A stretch of 64,000 bases of DNA, taken from Candidatus Omnitrophota bacterium. GTDB lineage: Bacteria; Omnitrophota; Gorgyraeia; 1-14-0-20-64-10. The notes beneath the pieces were generated by a model that ran no database searches, was not told the DNA's origin, and saw only the letters and a list, made by a program, of their open reading frames with translations. Location: positions 83,306-147,305 of the forward strand of contig JAMWCF010000001.1 of the NCBI GenBank assembly GCA_023818695.1, written 5' to 3'. Shown in pieces: positions 1-8,857 of this stretch (position 1 is its first letter; every line of letters begins with the position of its first letter). The translations under genes and the position numbers were made by a program.

Positions 1-1319
1 CCCCCAGCGATATTTTGGCCGTCCTGACGGTCGGCTTCTGGACCGGCCTGATCGAAGGCCTGCACAGGAACGGCGCCGGATGCAAAGCAACCTTCGATGT
101 CGTCCCCCTGTTCGAGACGATCCCGGATCTGGCCAGGAGCCAGGAGTTCATGGTCTCTCTCTGGAACGATCCGGTTTACAAGAGGTACCTGGCCGCCCGG
201 AATTTCCGCCAGCAGGTGATGCTGGGCTACTCCGACGCCAACAAAGACGGCGGGTATCTCCAGGCGAATTGGCGGCTGTACCAGGCGCAGGCTCGCCTGT
301 CCAAGGCGGCCGCCCGCTACGGGGTGAAGCTGGTCTTGTTCCACGGCAAGGGAGGCAGCATCGACCGGGGCGGCGGGTTGAGCCACCGGGCGATCCTGGC
401 CCAGCCGTTTTCCGCGCCGGGATGCCGGATCAAGATCACGGAACAGGGGGAGGTGGTGGCGGCCAAATATTCCCATCCGACCATCGGGCGGCGCAACCTG
501 GAACAGCTTTTAAGCGCGGTCTTCCTGGCGAACATGGTCTCCGGCAGCAAACACGTCGGCGCAGCCCAGATCCGCCGCTGGGAGGAGATGATGGAAGAGC
601 TGGCCGAGGCCTCCGAGCAGGCCTACCGGGCCCTGGTTTTTGAGGACCCTGATTTCATGAGCTATTATGCGCAGGCCACCCCGATCAAAATCATTCTGGA
701 ACAACCGGTGGCCGGCACCAGGCCGGGCGCCCGTCCCAGGGAGGGGCAAGGGGATGTCCCCCTGACAGTGGAGCGTTTGAGGGCGATCCCATGGGTTTTC
801 AGCTGGATCCAGTCCAGGCATATGCTCTCCGCCTGGTACGGGATCGGCTCCGCCATTGAAACTTTTCGGAAGAGACACGGTCCGGAAGGATTCGCGGAGC
901 TGACCGCCATGGTCCGGCACTGGCCCTTCGCCAAGGTCATGCTGGAAAACGCCCAGGCCTCCCTCGCGAAAGCGGAACTCAACATCGCCCGGGTTTACGC
1001 CGGGTTGGTCTCTCCCAAATCGGTCGGCGACAGGATTTTCAAGCTGATCGAGCAGGAATACCACCGCTCCGTGCGGGAGATCCTGGCGGTCACCGGTTCC
1101 CGCTCCCTCTTGAAGGACCAGCCGGTCCTCTACCACTCCATCGCTTTACGCAACCCTTACGTCGATCCCCTTCATTTCCTGCAGGTCAGGGGGTTGAAGC
1201 AGTTCATGAAGAGCCGCTCTGCCAGGAGCATAAGGCTTTCCGATAGGCGTGACGGTCTTCTGGATCTGATCCGGGTGACCATCCACGGCATCTCCTACGG
1301 GATGAAATCCACCGGTTAG
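1..1319 (+). CDS. ppc: phosphoenolpyruvate carboxylase, C-terminal part (5' end beyond window)
   Basis: Track ORF 15..1319 stays open to the window edge. FHGKGGSIDRGGG, WVFSWIQSRHMLSAWYG and terminal HGISYGMKSTG are PEPC C-terminal hallmarks. Confidence 0.9.
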   Translation, partial: PSDILAVLTVGFWTGLIEGLHRNGAGCKATFDVVPLFETIPDLARSQEFMVSLWNDPVYKRYLAARNFRQQVMLGYSDANKDGGYLQANWRLYQAQARLSKAAARYGVKLVLFHGKGGSIDRGGGLSHRAILAQPFSAPGCRIKITEQGEVVAAKYSHPTIGRRNLEQLLSAVFLANMVSGSKHVGAAQIRRWEEMMEELAEASEQAYRALVFEDPDFMSYYAQATPIKIILEQPVAGTRPGARPREGQGDVPLTVERLRAIPWVFSWIQSRHMLSAWYGIGSAIETFRKRHGPEGFAELTAMVRHWPFAKVMLENAQASLAKAELNIARVYAGLVSPKSVGDRIFKLIEQEYHRSVREILAVTGSRSLLKDQPVLYHSIALRNPYVDPLHFLQVRGLKQFMKSRSARSIRLSDRRDGLLDLIRVTIHGISYGMKSTG

Positions 1320-1443
1320 ATTTTAGTACATCCTAACAAATCCTGATTTGTCTCCGTTAAATTCCAACGAATATAAAGCTAGATTATAAATATTTTTACA
1401 CGGTCCCCTTCCGTCGTGGCATATTTGACAGTGGGCCACCACT

Positions 1444-2064
1444 ATGTTCGGACTACAACGGAGTACAGACGAGATGGAGGAAAGGCGTGCCTACAGGCGG
1501 TTTTCTGTAGGCAATAAAAGCCAATACCACTCCGGCGGGGGGATCGTCCTCTCCCGGTTTGGGCAGGTGGTCAATCTCTCTTTAGGCGGTATGGAGCATA
1601 TGCAGGCCGAACGCCTCTGCCCGGGGCAGAAGATAACCGCTTCCATGCACCTGCAGGGGGTTGGGCCGGTGGTCCTGCACGGCACCGTCGTCTGGAACAG
1701 GGAATCGGCCCGGAAGAAGGGCCGGTACGAAAGCGGCATCCGCTGGACCGAGAGCAACCCCACTTCGCAGGCGCGGCTCGCCGCTTATTTAGCCAAACAA
1801 CAGTCCGGAGGGCCTGATGTGCCCGCGTTCACCACCACGGCGTCAGGTCCTCCTGTTGTTTGGTGGCGGGCCATCATGCTGGGGTTCCTGGTCTTCGCCA
1901 TCCTGGCGGCGGTGGATATCTTCTGGCTGAAGAAGGGAAACATCTACGGCGAGCGCCAGACCCTGGATACCGTCTTCCGTTCCGCCTTCAGGCTGACGGA
2001 TCAAACGCTTCACAGAACGTACCACAAACTCTTTCCGGCTGCAAACGAGTCAGGCACACGGTAG
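1444..2064 (+). CDS. PilZ domain protein with C-terminal transmembrane segment
   Basis: N-terminal RRAYRR (RxxxR) followed by NLSLGG ((D/N)xSxxG) gives the PilZ c-di-GMP-binding signature. Hydrophobic stretch VVWWRAIMLGFLVFAILAAVDIFW. Confidence 0.65.
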   Translation: MFGLQRSTDEMEERRAYRRFSVGNKSQYHSGGGIVLSRFGQVVNLSLGGMEHMQAERLCPGQKITASMHLQGVGPVVLHGTVVWNRESARKKGRYESGIRWTESNPTSQARLAAYLAKQQSGGPDVPAFTTTASGPPVVWWRAIMLGFLVFAILAAVDIFWLKKGNIYGERQTLDTVFRSAFRLTDQTLHRTYHKLFPAANESGTR

Positions 2065-2101
2065 GGCAGAAACACCTCCAGATTACACCTGGAGTTCCGA
2101 C

Positions 2102-2139
2102 AAAAAGCGTCCGTAACGATTGTCACGGACGCCTTTTTA
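2102..2139. terminator. bidirectional intrinsic terminator between convergent genes
   Basis: 8-bp GC stem gcgtccgt (2107-2114) / acggacgc (2125-2132), with an A-run upstream and ctttttac downstream. Confidence 0.55.
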
Positions 2140-2724
2140 CCGGCTGGGAAGGTGTGAGATCCAGGGCGCTTAGGTAATCGTAGAAGGCCTGTTTGTTGCG
2201 TGCTTCCTCCCCCGGATAAAGGCGCAGCAACTCTTCATAAGCTCGGCGGATTGTGCGACTGGAGGTTCGGGCGAGCGGGTGGTCGCTTAGAGCAAGCTCC
2301 GCATGGGGTTGTTCCCATTCTTCCAGGAGCTTTTTTGTTCTTGCATGGCCTGAAGGATCATCTGCTGAAATTTTTGAAGCTTGAGTGGAACCCGCATGTG
2401 CTTCAATTCCACTATGATCAAGTCGTATGAGATTTTCGGCCGGGGACTCTTTTGGCCGGCTTGTATCCATTGTAGCCACCGGGTCCTATCCAGGATGGCT
2501 CTGTCGATTGCCTGAAGGAAATGCTGTATACACGCCAGTTCTTCGCCCTCTATCGTGGAGTGTTCCGCCTGGAAGGGGGTTCGGTAACGTTGGGATATTT
2601 TATAAGCTTCCTCCACCGGAGTGCTGTGAGCTGCAGGCGCAATCCGTCCGCTTCCGCCGGCGAAGAGCACGGCGACGAAGAGGGTCAAAATAACCGTCTG
2701 TTTGAAGGCCCTTTTCCGATGCAT
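2123..2724 (-). pseudogene. secreted hypothetical protein, reading frame split at a homopolymer
   Basis: ORF 2287..2724 has a signal-peptide-like start (MHRKRAFKQTVILTLFVAVLFAGG). ORF 2123..2479 is protein-like only from KKLLEEWEQ onward. The two join seamlessly if the T6 run at 2331-2336 (A6 on the coding strand) changes by 1 nt. Confidence 0.4.
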
Positions 2725-2802
2725 AACCGAGTTAATTATACTCTGAACGCGTTCTCTGAATCCATTTACAGCCCGTCGATTTCCAGCTAAACTAATGCCT
2801 AT

Positions 2803-3083
2803 TCCCCTGTAGCTCAGTTGGTAGAGCAGGTGACTGTCATCGCGCGGCAGCCCCGCCCGGAAACGGCCGGGTGCAACAGCGAGTAAATTCAGGGAACCCC
2901 TATCGCTTGATAGGGCAATCTTGAGCCAAGCCCGCCTTCAATAAGGCGAGGAAGGTGCAGAGACTAGAGACTCGCCGCCTAAATCCCATCGTGGGACATG
3001 GCGATGGTATAGTCCTACCCCCTCGGTAACGAGGGAAGGTCGTAATCACCGGGTCCGAGGTTCGAGCCCTCGCGGGGGAGCCA
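2803..3083 (+). tRNA. tRNA-Asn(GUU) interrupted in the anticodon loop by a 205-nt intron
   Basis: Exon 1 is 2803-2837 (acceptor TCCCCTG, D-arm GCTC/GAGC, anticodon stem GGTGA, CTGT). Exon 2 is 3043-3083 (TAA, TCACC, GGGTC, T-arm CGAGG-TTCGAGC-CCTCG, CGGGGGA, G, CCA). They join to a 76-nt cloverleaf with loop CUGUUAA, closely resembling E. coli tRNA-Asn as I remember it. Confidence 0.85.
2838..3042 (+). ncRNA. group I self-splicing intron (IC3-like, bacterial tRNA-intron type), no ORF
   Basis: The 5' exon ends in U (2837) and the intron ends in G (3042). Exon CUGU (2834-2837) can pair with intron GCAG (2847-2850), giving P1 with a U-G wobble at the splice site. Core strings aaattcaggga, gagccaagc, gaaggtgcagagactaga (2951-2968) and tatagtcc (3008-3015) match the Azoarcus/Anabaena tRNA intron cores as I recall them. 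There is a terminal GNRA hairpin ccctcgGTAAcgaggg. Confidence 0.8.
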
Positions 3084-3119
3084 TTCTTTGCGCTCGAGGT
3101 CATTGATCGGGCGATTGAC

Positions 3120-3155
3120 GCGCCGTGGTTCACGCGTGAGCCACGGCGCTTTTTA
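3120..3155 (+). terminator. intrinsic terminator after tRNA-Asn
   Basis: 9-bp stem gcgccgtgg / ccacggcgc followed by ttttt. Confidence 0.7.
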
Positions 3156-3480
3156 TCTGGCCAGGCCGTCAAGAGTTAGGGCGTCCTGCCAACTGCCGGC
3201 CTGACCGTGTTCGTATCTCTCCGTCGGCAAACTCGCTCCCCCGTCGCGCTAACAGTCAAAGCAGGCGCTTCCTGCCGCTCTCCCTCTTGGATCGTGGTGA
3301 TCCTGGGCGCGTTTTGGTGGCAGCGGATTTCGGCTGCCTGGGCGCGGTTCTGCCAAACTGCTGAACGTGCCCGCAACCCAGCCGTAACCGGCCCGGCCTC
3401 TCGCTTGCTGCGCCAAGGGCGCCAACCTCTCGCCATCTCCATCGGGAGAGGCCGGTTGTAAATCTGCAGACTGAACCTGG

Positions 3481-4662
3481 TCAGATGAACGATGAGAGTT
3501 GCCTGATGAGAGAGGGAAGCGGCAGGACAGTGATGGTGAGATCTGCGTGGCGTCGCGTGAACGCGCGATCTGCGTCCTGGGCGACCAGAAAGTTCTGGCC
3601 CTTGGGGTAGGCATGGCGAAATGACCGCAACCCGGCGAGATCCGGATCACCCGACGACCATTTGCATTCGATGGCGATGGGGTCGCGGCCGCGCGGTGCC
3701 AGCACAAAGTCTACCTCATGATCATGCTTGTCACGCCAGTACCGGATGTCACGCAGCTGGAGGCAGCCTTGCAGTTCGTTGAGCACGAAATGCTTCCACA
3801 GCAGTCCGAAGTCTTCCCGCCGAAGCTGATGCCAGCCACGGTGGTAGCAGACAAAGCCTGTATCGAAGGCGTACACCTTAGGAGCCGAGACGATTTCAGT
3901 GGAACGATGCGTGCTGAACGGACGGATCACATGCGCGACCAGGGTGGTTTCCAGCGCTTTGAGGTAGTTCCGGATCGTCCCATGGGCGACCTCGCATTCC
4001 TTGGCGAATTTCTGCGCCTGGAAGATCCCGGCGCTCCGGGCCATCAGGAGTTCAGCAAACCGCTGGAACGAATCCCGACGTTCCAGCCGGAAGAGCTCCT
4101 GGATGTCTTTGGCCCAGTAGGCGTCCATCCACTCCTGGAAGTCGCGCTCCGGCAGGTCTCGAGAAAGGAAGAACGGCGGCAATCCCCCGCGAAGCAACCG
4201 GTGTTCGAGCCGCTCGTAGTGGAAATCCAACAGATCGGCCAGGATCATGGGCGTCAACCAGAGCACGGTTTTCCGTCCGGTGAGCGTATCCCGGAATTTG
4301 CGGGAGGCGCCGAGGGTCGAGGAGCCGGTCGCCAGGATGCGGACAGTCGGGAAATGATCAGCCGCGATCTTGAGCACTTGGGCCGGGTCGCGCAATCGAT
4401 GGATCTCATCGAGCACCACGCGTTTGCCCTTCATGTCTGCGAGGAAGCCCTCGGGATCTTCCAGGAGGCGTCGCACACGGGGGATTTCGCAATCGAAGTA
4501 TTCCACATCTCCCAGGCTATGGGCGAGCGAGGTCTTTCCTGTCCGCCGTACCCCGGAAAGCCAGAGAATGGAGCGGCGCTGCCAACCGTTCTCGATCTCC
4601 TTAAGCCAGTGTTTCCGTTTGACGAGCTGTTCCATCAGGAATAACATTACCATATAGTTCAA
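3481..4662 (-). CDS. AAA-type ATPase with DUF4143-like C-terminal domain
   Basis: Walker A GVRRTGKTSLAHSL, Walker B-like VVLDEIH. The overall layout matches the widespread ATPase/DUF4143 (COG1373-like) family often found on mobile islands. Confidence 0.75.
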   Translation of the reverse strand: MNYMVMLFLMEQLVKRKHWLKEIENGWQRRSILWLSGVRRTGKTSLAHSLGDVEYFDCEIPRVRRLLEDPEGFLADMKGKRVVLDEIHRLRDPAQVLKIAADHFPTVRILATGSSTLGASRKFRDTLTGRKTVLWLTPMILADLLDFHYERLEHRLLRGGLPPFFLSRDLPERDFQEWMDAYWAKDIQELFRLERRDSFQRFAELLMARSAGIFQAQKFAKECEVAHGTIRNYLKALETTLVAHVIRPFSTHRSTEIVSAPKVYAFDTGFVCYHRGWHQLRREDFGLLWKHFVLNELQGCLQLRDIRYWRDKHDHEVDFVLAPRGRDPIAIECKWSSGDPDLAGLRSFRHAYPKGQNFLVAQDADRAFTRRHADLTITVLPLPSLIRQLSSFI

Positions 4663-4844
4663 CTATTTGCAATCATGATGATATATAGAACACGTCCATT
4701 GACTGGCGTTTCGAGCCGTGGAGCATACCCATCGGCGCCTGCCGCTCTGGCTCGGCGCAAGCTGCGACCTCATAAGGAACGCGCGCGGATGGGAGTGAGG
4801 TAAGCCCGGCATGGTACGAGAGAGGCCGAACCGTGTTGTAAACA

Positions 4845-4869
4845 GGTTCGATCCCTAGGAGGGGAGCTA
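4845..4869 (+). repeat. degenerate copy of the tRNA-Asn 3' end (possible decayed att site)
   Basis: ggttcgatccctaggaggggagcta versus tRNA 3059-3083 ggttcgagccctcgcgggggagcca: 20/25 identical. There is no foldable T-arm or acceptor partner, so it is not a tRNA. Confidence 0.4.
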
Positions 4870-5529
4870 ATACATCCTCTCATCAAACCGAGAGGATACA
4901 GAAGACCCGCCAGAGCGACCCTTTTTAGGGTTGCCTGGCGGTGTTTTTATTTCAGGCAGGTTGTAGAACGAGATGCTGATCTTCGACGGGTCTTTGTGAT
5001 AGACGATTTTTTTGATAAGCAGATGCACCAAGTCCCGCTGTTTTTCAAAGGGCAGAACGTCAAGAACCGCCCCAAAGTATTGAAGATTCTGGCAGACGAC
5101 CGCAGGGTCAATGACCTTCTGTTTTTCTTTGGCCATTTCTTCGTCAATCTCGGCCAGCTTGGTTTTCAGCGTTTCCCGTTGCCCGTCCAGGACAAGCAGT
5201 TTTTCCTGAAGGATGGCGAATTTCTTTTTCCCAATGGCCTTCATAAGCGGGGCGGCCTCTCGGTCTACTTGCTGAAGCCGAGCCACGATTCGGTTCCGCT
5301 CAGCCCGAAGCTCAGGGATTCGCTTTTTGGCCATCTTCACGGCCAACGCTGTGATTTTTTCCACCAAGTCTTGACGCTCGGATAAGAAGCGCAGTCGCTC
5401 TATCACCAAAGCGTCCAACGCCCTGGCCGAAATGCGTCTGATTGAGCAAGCTGTCTTGTCGGCATGACCGACTTTCGTGCATTGATAATAGAGATAGGTC
5501 TTTGAATTGCTCCCCGTTTGAACTGGACT
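4867..5529 (-). pseudogene. large serine recombinase, C-terminal fragment only (catalytic N-terminus missing)
   Basis: The frame is open from 5529. It reads ...YLYYQCTKVGHADKTACSIRRISARALDALVIERL (zinc-ribbon region), then a long coiled coil (track ORF 4867..5418). No resolvase catalytic domain lies upstream. The IS3 remnant abuts it. Confidence 0.6.
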
Positions 5530-5571
5530 TTAGAACAAGAGAGAATGGGTTCAGTGCAGACGGAGGTCAAG

Positions 5572-6412
5572 ATGGCGCAATGACGCAAATGGGATTCTAA
5601 GACCAAAGCGCTCATCGTGCTCCAGGGGTTGAAAGGCAAGCCGGTGGCGGAGCTGTGCACCGAGCACCAGATCAGCCAGGTCCAGTTCTACCAGGGGCGC
5701 GATCAATTCCTGGCCAACGCTCCCAAGCTGTTCGAGCTGCCTTTAGCCACCCAGCGGGAAGCCCGCTTGGCGCACGAAAACGCCAAGCTCCGTTCCCTCG
5801 TGGGGAGCTGACGCTGGAGTTAAAAAAACTCGACGAGGTGCTCGCGTGAGACACCGCACCTCGGTCCAGGTCGTCCAGCGAAACCACGGATTGCTCCAGC
5901 GCATCCAGGCGCTTAAGGCCGAGCGCCCCTTCTGGGGCTACCGGCGCATCTGGGCCTACCTGAAGTTCGTGGATCGGCTGGCCGTCAACAAGAAACGGGT
6001 TCTGCGGCTGATGCGCCAAGCCGATCTGCTGGTCAAGCCCAACCGGAGGCTCCGCCAGCAGTTTCCGGAGGGCGCTCGAGGTCACGATGTACACCTTATG
6101 TCCGACAACGGCTGCCAGCCGACCTCGGTGGTCTTCATGGCTGCTTGCAACCGCCTGGACGTTTACCAGACCTTCACCAGCTACAACAACCGCCGGGGCA
6201 ACGCCGACACTGAGCGGATGGTCCGGACGATCAAAGAGGAGCTAATCTGGCTGCGGGAGTGGACGAGTCCCTTCGAGCTGGCCGAGGCACTCGAAGCCTG
6301 GATCAAGCGGTACAATGCCGAGTACGTGCACTCGGCCCTGGGTTACAAGAGTCCGATTCAATGTGAATTGGCTTTTAAAAACAGCCGCCAGACTCAGTTC
6401 CTCCCAGCTTGA
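5572..6412 (+). mobile_element. IS3-family insertion sequence remnant (orfA/orfB both disrupted)
   Basis: orfA-like MAQ-TGA(5581)-RKWDSKTKALIVLQGLKGKPVAELCTEHQISQ..., with an extra frame change before GELTLELKK. An A7 slippery run lies at ~5822-5828. orfB (5846..6412) keeps the N-terminal and C-terminal integrase-core flanks (ERPFWGYRRI..., YNNRRGNADTERMVRTIKEE, YNAEYVHSALGY) but lacks the central DDE region. Confidence 0.7.
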
Positions 6413-6455
6413 AAAATGGGGAGCATTACACCCGTTACCGAATACAATAAGCTCC

Positions 6456-6794
6456 ATGACACGCAAGGAGTTTGAAGAGGCGGTCCGTGACGCGGCGGGA
6501 AGTCTCCCGAAGCGTTTCAGGGACAGGCTTGAAAATGTGGAGATCGTGGTTGAGGAGGGGACGGCCGACGGGAAATTTTTGGGGCTCTATCAGGGGATTC
6601 CCCACACCGAGAGGGGAACCGGTTACAGCGGAGTTCTTCCCGATAAGATCACCCTCTTCAAGAGAGCCATTGAGGCGGAGTGCGAAGCCAACGGGTTGGA
6701 TATCCGGCAGGAGATCGCGCGCGTTGTCCGGCATGAAATCGCGCATCACTTCGGGATTGACGATGGCAGACTGGAGGATCTCGGCGCCTATTGA
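6456..6794 (+). CDS. metallopeptidase family protein (Zincin_1/DUF1025-like)
   Basis: Start taken at ATG 6456 inside track ORF 6315..6794. Contains LENVEIVVEE, GLYQGIPHTERG, LPDKITLFKRAI and HEIAHHFGIDDGRLEDLG (HExxH). Confidence 0.8.
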   Translation: MTRKEFEEAVRDAAGSLPKRFRDRLENVEIVVEEGTADGKFLGLYQGIPHTERGTGYSGVLPDKITLFKRAIEAECEANGLDIRQEIARVVRHEIAHHFGIDDGRLEDLGAY

Positions 6795-6875
6795 AGACTA
6801 GAGGCCGCCGCAGTTTTCCACAAGCGTTTCGCCCATTTCTGCAGGATAATAAGCGGGAAGGGGCGTTTTTCTCGA

Positions 6876-7340
6876 ATGAACAGAAAAGCATTCACCCTTG
6901 TTGAACTGCTGATCGTCGTGGTCATCGTCGCGCTGTTGACGGCGTTCGCGATCCCTTCGCTGGAAGGGATGGTCTGGCAGGGGCGGTATGCCGAGGTCTT
7001 TTCCACATTCGGGACGATTGCTCAAGCCAAGTCAGCGTATTTCGCCGCCTACGGCACCTATGAAGGGAACCCCCCGTACGATTTCACGGATTGTCTGGCC
7101 GGAAGGGACATCCCGCCGGGATCCACGCGCGTTCAGCAGGATCTGGGAATCAGCATTTCGGACAAGAGCTATTTCCAGTACCTGATCTACCCCAGCGTGG
7201 AGTATCCTGCCGAGAACGCCCTTTACTTCAGGCAGATTCCGTTCGAGTGGGCCTACCTCTGGGATTATTCAAACGGGCAGTGGGCCGCTTACGGCGGCGA
7301 GGACAGCCCCGCGAAGAGGTATTTCAGGCCGCCGTCATAA
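6876..7340 (+). CDS. prepilin-type N-terminal cleavage/methylation domain protein (pilin/pseudopilin-like)
   Basis: MNRKAFTLVELLIVVVIVALL is a class III signal peptide with the conserved FTLxE. Confidence 0.8.
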   Translation: MNRKAFTLVELLIVVVIVALLTAFAIPSLEGMVWQGRYAEVFSTFGTIAQAKSAYFAAYGTYEGNPPYDFTDCLAGRDIPPGSTRVQQDLGISISDKSYFQYLIYPSVEYPAENALYFRQIPFEWAYLWDYSNGQWAAYGGEDSPAKRYFRPPS

Positions 7341-7355
7341 CCAAAAGGATGAGAG

Positions 7356-7676
7356 GTGACACCCATGAGTTTGCTTGCTGAAGTCAGTATTTTCCCGCTG
7401 GACAAGGGAGAGAGCGTGGGTGACTACGTCGCCCGTTCCATCGGGATCATCGAAAAGAGCGGTCTTGCCTACAAGGTCGGCGCGATGGGGACCTGCATCG
7501 AGGGGGAGTGGGACGAGGTGATGGGGGTCATCAAGGCCTGCTTCGAGGCGTTGCGGAGGGACTGCCATCGCGTGGAGATCCAGATCAAGGCGGATTACCG
7601 CGCCGGCAGAAGCGGCTGCCTGGAAGGAAAGGTCAGGAGCGTGGAGAAGCGCCTCGGCCATGCGGTCTGCAAGTAG
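7356..7676 (+). CDS. MTH1187/YkoF-family thiamine-binding protein (DUF77)
   Basis: AEVSIFPLDKGESVGDYVARSI..SGLAYKVGAMGTCIEGEWDEVM is the typical family pattern. Confidence 0.75.
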   Translation: MTPMSLLAEVSIFPLDKGESVGDYVARSIGIIEKSGLAYKVGAMGTCIEGEWDEVMGVIKACFEALRRDCHRVEIQIKADYRAGRSGCLEGKVRSVEKRLGHAVCK

Positions 7677-7974
7677 GCGGGCAGGCGGTAAGATGCAACT
7701 TGTTTTTCTTTTGATCCTGGCGACGGCAGGGTCCCTGTTCGCCGCGGGACCGTCGGCCGGGGAGGATTAACGCTAGCCCCGTCTCCTTCGATGCCAGCGT
7801 TACTGGCGTAGCTAGATTTTTATACGCCCTTATGATCTGGTTCTTTTGTCGTATATTTTCAACATATATAGCTTGAAAGACGACACTCTGTAGAATAGTT
7901 AATTCTTCAACGTCTCATCCACTTAAATAGACTGATTCCAAGTTAACAGATCTTATTCCTGCTCATCGATCTCC

Positions 7975-7990
7975 TGGCACGTAAACTGCT
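7975..7990 (+). promoter_or_regulatory. sigma-54 (-24/-12) type promoter candidate upstream of the PEP-CTERM gene
   Basis: TGGCACGtaaaCTGCT versus consensus TGGCACG-N4-TTGCW (GG-N10-GC spacing exact). It lies 31 nt upstream of ATG 8021. Confidence 0.5.
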
Positions 7991-8020
7991 TATTTCAATT
8001 ATGCAAGAGGGGGCGAAATT

Positions 8021-8821
8021 ATGTCTCGTTTTATTATGAGAATAGTGGTTGTTATCGTTGTTTTTCTGGCCGCGGCGGCGGGGGGGCCGGAATCCGCTGA
8101 TGCCGTCCTTATCACTTTTGACTTTAATCCGCTTAAAGATGAGGACAACAACACCAAGGTTCAGACCTACATGAACAACCTCCTGGCCGGCATTTTGCCG
8201 GGCGAGACGGTGACTGTGACAGGTTCTAAAGCGGAGAAGAACTACACCGGCGACGGTCACGCGGTGGGGCCGGTCAACGGCAACAGCGTCAAGTCCGAGA
8301 CCTTGGGCAACACGGATTACGGCGTTCCGCATGGCGGCGCCAATGACACCTTCCTCGTCAATAAGAGCAACTCCGACAGGATCACGATGATCTTTTCCTT
8401 CCCGGTCTATTCGGTCTCCTTCGACTACGAAATCTTTCCGGATGGGACCCTTCCGGACGGGACCAAAACAACCAACGCCAACCCGAATTGGCCGGACTTC
8501 AAGTTCGCGGCGGATGGAACGGTCTACTTCGTCACGCTGGGCGTTATGCCGGGGACCAACGGCACCTACCTGCATTCCCCGGCCAGCGGGAAGAACAAGG
8601 CGGAGAAGGCCCCTCAATACCTGGGGGAAAGCGGCGACTGGTTCTTTGAGGACGGGGTCATGAAGCTGGAGTTTATCGACTGGCCCCGGACGATCGGGAT
8701 CGACAACCTCGAGATCTGCACCGATCAGCCGCAGCCGGTCGTACCGGAACCGGGGTCCCTTCTGCTCTTGGGTAGCGGCCTGGTGGGGATGGGGCTGCGT
8801 TTCCGCAGGAAGAAGGGGTAG
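8021..8821 (+). CDS. PEP-CTERM sorting-domain secreted protein
   Basis: N-terminal signal peptide. C-terminus is VPEPGSLLLLGSGLVGMGLRFRRKKG (PEP motif + TM + basic tail). Confidence 0.85.
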   Translation: MSRFIMRIVVVIVVFLAAAAGGPESADAVLITFDFNPLKDEDNNTKVQTYMNNLLAGILPGETVTVTGSKAEKNYTGDGHAVGPVNGNSVKSETLGNTDYGVPHGGANDTFLVNKSNSDRITMIFSFPVYSVSFDYEIFPDGTLPDGTKTTNANPNWPDFKFAADGTVYFVTLGVMPGTNGTYLHSPASGKNKAEKAPQYLGESGDWFFEDGVMKLEFIDWPRTIGIDNLEICTDQPQPVVPEPGSLLLLGSGLVGMGLRFRRKKG

Positions 8822-8857
8822 AAGAGTTCGGCCCAGAAAGAGATTTTTTCAGAGTAT

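Noticed and set aside
510-1136. Long ORFs antisense to, or in alternative frames of, confidently assigned genes. Examples: 510..1136-, 12969..14036-, 14210..15805+, 16703..18139+, 18165..19361-, 25237..26169-, 31481..32617-, 34950..36653-, 41088..42044-, 47014..48198-, 51933..53096-.
   Set aside because: They are shadow ORFs typical of high-GC DNA. The translations are Arg/Pro/Gly-rich low-complexity sequence with no motifs, and each overlaps a gene with strong family signatures on the other strand or frame.
4780-4869. Possible second tRNA gene ending at 4869.
   Set aside because: Only the last ~25 nt resemble a tRNA 3' end. The T-stem would have 3 bp, and no acceptor 5' strand, D-arm or anticodon arm can be drawn. 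It is treated as an att-like remnant.
5581-5583. In-frame TGA in IS3 orfA as possible recoding or selenocysteine.
   Set aside because: The element has additional frameshifts and an internal deletion, so a plain inactivating mutation is the simpler reading.
7693-7770. 25-codon ORF MQLVFLLILATAGSLFAAGPSAGED downstream of the DUF77 gene.
   Set aside because: It looks like a bare signal peptide, has no convincing RBS, and its conservation cannot be assessed. It is too weak to call.
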